Shown here in pieces: positions 50,507 to 53,455 of a stretch of DNA of 53,455 nucleotides (positions are counted from its first letter, which is position 1; each line of letters opens with the position of its first letter). Where the stretch lies: positions 53,644 through 107,098 of the forward strand of contig MU271249.1 of NCBI GenBank assembly GCA_021432655.1, written 5' to 3'. A program made the position numbers and the translations under genes. Origin of the DNA: Atractiella rhizophila (Eukaryota). The notes under the pieces were generated by a model. That model saw only the letters and a list, made by a program, of their open reading frames with translations, did no database searches and was not told the origin of the DNA.

Positions 50507-53010
50507 ATGGCTGTGAGATATTCTTACCCTTTTCCCGTCTGGTTCGAAGGAAATTGTTGATGCGGTTGTGGCGGATGGACAATAGGAACCCGGAAGGCGT
50601 ATACTGACCAGGCGAACAGCGGCCCAGAATGTTGAGAACGAGGTAGAGGGTGTCAATGGTATCAGTAGGAAATTGACCTCCGGAGTTTCGAAGGTGAGTT
50701 TTTGTGGCTGGTAGGGGGTAGAACGAAGCGTTGCATCTTGCCTTCCTTGAGCACGTATTCCCTTTTCCTTCTGATCAAGGGGTTAACAGTACACCCATAT
50801 TGAATACTGCGCTTTTTAGCATGAATTTTTTTTTGTCACTTGCGATGTCTTGCGCACGAATCGCTTCGTATCGGTCAGCTGGGTTTGTGAGCAATCTTTT
50901 GGACAAATAAACATCGTGTTACACGCTCATACTGCCACTTCTCTGTTGTGTTGCTTTTTTGTCAGCTCGCTCGAACTGTAGCCCTCCTCTCCAACCACTA
51001 ACTGGTCAATTGAGTTTTTCTTTTACATCGTATCCAAGTATTGGCTGTGTGCCGGTTGTGATTCTCCTAACAACGATCAAGAATCTTTTTTCCCATGATG
51101 CATAACTTGATCGCGATGTTTCAAAAAGGCTTTGGTTGTGGGCCATCGAGGAAGAGATCGATAACTCATCTACCTGTAATAGATTGCACAGTCGAAGCCG
51201 GTGGTCGCGATTAAAGTTCCTACCGCTACCAAGGATGCTGTTGTACGCAAACGGAACGCGCTCATCGACCTTCCAGCGAACAAGCGTGGGAAAGCAGGAA
51301 AGTTGGGTGACCTAGGCGAAACCGCCATTGCGGTGAAAGATGCGAAACGACCCGCTTTGGCTAAGAAAGTCTCCAACGTCGGCAAGGACAAGGACGGGGA
51401 TGAGGTGATGAGGGACGAGGAGGAGGAAGCTCTCAAGGTTCCCCTCAATCGCCCTATCAAGAAGCTCAAGGCTCCTGGTGTCGTCGTCTCCAAGTCCTCC
51501 ATCGTTGTTGCCGTGGACCCTCCAGCCCAAGCGAAGGCGAAGACCAGGACAAAGCGTACAGCGTCTACTGCTTCCCTCGTTTCGGCGAGCACGAGCACGA
51601 CCGCTCTAGGTGCCCGCGGCGGTTTGTTGAAGCGCGCTGGAGCTGGTTTGAAGAGTCAGCGTGAAAAGAAACTTAGAGAGGAGGAAGAGTTGGCGGCGGA
51701 GGGTATTGTTATTCTGGATGAGAAGATGTTGAGGGAGAATGCTGGGGATGAGGAGGAAGAGACGGCTGGGAGGAAGAAGAAGAGAATAAGATTGTCAGAG
51801 GAGAAGGAGGAAGTGAAGGAACGAAGCCTCGAGGCTGTTCAGGCGAAGATCATGGCCAAGTCGGAATGGGATCAGTACGACGAACAAGATATGGACGACC
51901 CTATTATGGTGGCTGAATATGTGAAGGAGATATACTGCTACATGATGGAGTTGGAGGTTGGTATTCATTTTCCAGTTGAGCTCCTTTCTGACTCCTTTGC
52001 AGTCGAAGAACAACCCCAAGGCAGATTATATGGAACGACAGGACGATCTCAACTGGCGCATGCGAGGAGTCCTTATTGACTGGCTCATCGACATTCACGG
52101 CAAGTTCAGACTGGTCCCAGAGACGCTCTTCACCGCCGTCAACATCATCGACCGTTTCCTCTCCATCCGTACGATCGCGCTCGTCAAATTCCAACTTGTC
52201 GGTTTAGTCGCATTGATGATTGCCTGCAAATATGAGGAAATCATCTGCCCAGCGCTCTCCAACTTCCTCTACATGGCTGAAGATGGTTACTCTGAAGAGG
52301 AATTCCTCAAAGCTGAAACTTTCGTCCTCGAGTTTATCGGTTATGACCTCTCCTTCCCTACACCCATCGGATTCTTGAGAAGGATCAGTAAGGCTGACGA
52401 TTACGATATCAAATGTCGAACCTTTGCGAAATACTTCATCGAGATTTCAACGGTAGACCCTGCTATGGTTGCTGTTAAGCCTAGTTTAGTCGCTGCCGCT
52501 TCCGTGTGGTTCTCGAGGAAGGTATTGGATAGAGGTCCATGGGTATGGCATGCCTTGCGTTGTGCATTACGTGCTGACCCGGATGGTTTAGGACGAGTTC
52601 CTTACGCATTTGTCAACCTATACACAAGAGGAAATCCTTCCTGTGGCTCAGATGATGCTAGAATACATCGCCCGCCAGATCAGCCACATCAAAGCCGGTG
52701 ATAACTCCAAAGAGTCGAAGAGCAAGTTGAAGTTGAACTCCACAGCTGCGATCGGCTCTGCCTCTCCATTCGACCTTGCTGAAGCCTTGACTCAGGTTGA
52801 ACACCCCAACTTGCATAAGAAGGTCAGTCCCTTTCAATCCCCATCCTCCATTCGGTGTTCTGACTCGCTCTCCAGTACCAATCACGAAAATTTCATAAGG
52901 CGTCGGACGAAGCTTTCGTTTATGTCTACAAGCATTTGTACAGAACTACATATCGCACGGACAAGAACATGCCCAAGTTCGATGAATGGAAGCTGGTGGA
53001 GGGGAATTGA
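50507..53010 (+). CDS. G2/M B-type cyclin (Cdc13/Clb-like)
   Basis: Destruction-box-like RNALIDLPAN. Cyclin box DPIMVAEYVKEIY, WRMRGVLIDWLIDIHGKFRLVPETLF, FQLVGLVALMIACKYEEI, FLRRISKADDYD. Spliced from ATG 50507 to TGA 53008-53010. Confidence 0.93.
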
Positions 53011-53455
53011 TTTTGCGTTCCTTTGCCATGTCACTTTCATCCATCAATGTGATATGCCCATTGATTTCGGTAGTGTTTTTGGATTCATACCCACTTCTTA
53101 TGTCTCTTTCCTCACATTCCATTCCGTTATGTAGGCAATGGTCTCTCATCACTTCGACTTTCTGTGTCCCTTGTTCTTGTCCTCACATTCCTCGATTTGT
53201 CTGTTGAAACTATCATATCATCAGTTCACGATTTGGCGACATAGTCTCTGCAATGTTGCATATTTCAGTACCCAAGCATTTTCTGTTCCTTTTAAACTCT
53301 AGTCCGCTTCGTTGACAATAGACTTCACCCAACACCCAACGGGTGTTTGACGGTGAGTTTGAAAACTTCCCAACATATTCATTACTAAATCTATCCAAGA
53401 AATCAGTCATGGTATCTGCCATCATCAGCTCTGTTCCCACTGCCAGCTCGAGACC

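Noticed and set aside
51090..51170. Box C-like ATGATG in the cyclin intron (snoRNA)
   Set aside because: Imperfect box C, and no downstream CTGA box D or terminal stem.
53213..53455. Minus-strand ORF running off the window end
   Set aside because: Could be the 3' end of a neighbouring gene, but there is no recognisable motif in the visible part.

Overview
Intron-rich eukaryotic DNA from a fungus, most likely a basidiomycete (inferred from short GT-AG introns and the gene families present). Recognisable host genes are a beta-tubulin, a B-type cyclin, a tandemly duplicated Cir_N/LENG1-like gene, a zf-MYND protein, an F-box-like protein and a Cys-free secreted protein. They lie in a TE-rich accessory landscape: LTR/Ty3 relics, a decayed Mutator-like DDE transposase, an apparently intact CMC/EnSpm-like transposase, a hAT-type MITE with perfect TSD, a foldback element and a Helitron-like repeat family. 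The most notable observations are four. (1) The CMC/EnSpm-like transposase appears to end in a spliced-on HeH/LEM (Src1/Man1-type) domain. (2) There is a Crinkler-type effector with Ubl header + PD-(D/E)xK-like nuclease + kinase. (3) There is a WOPR (Gti1/Pac2) plus bZIP tandem or fusion gene with disabling lesions. (4) There is a decayed patatin-NB-ARC NLR-like gene. All exon structures were read by eye, and no database searches were run.
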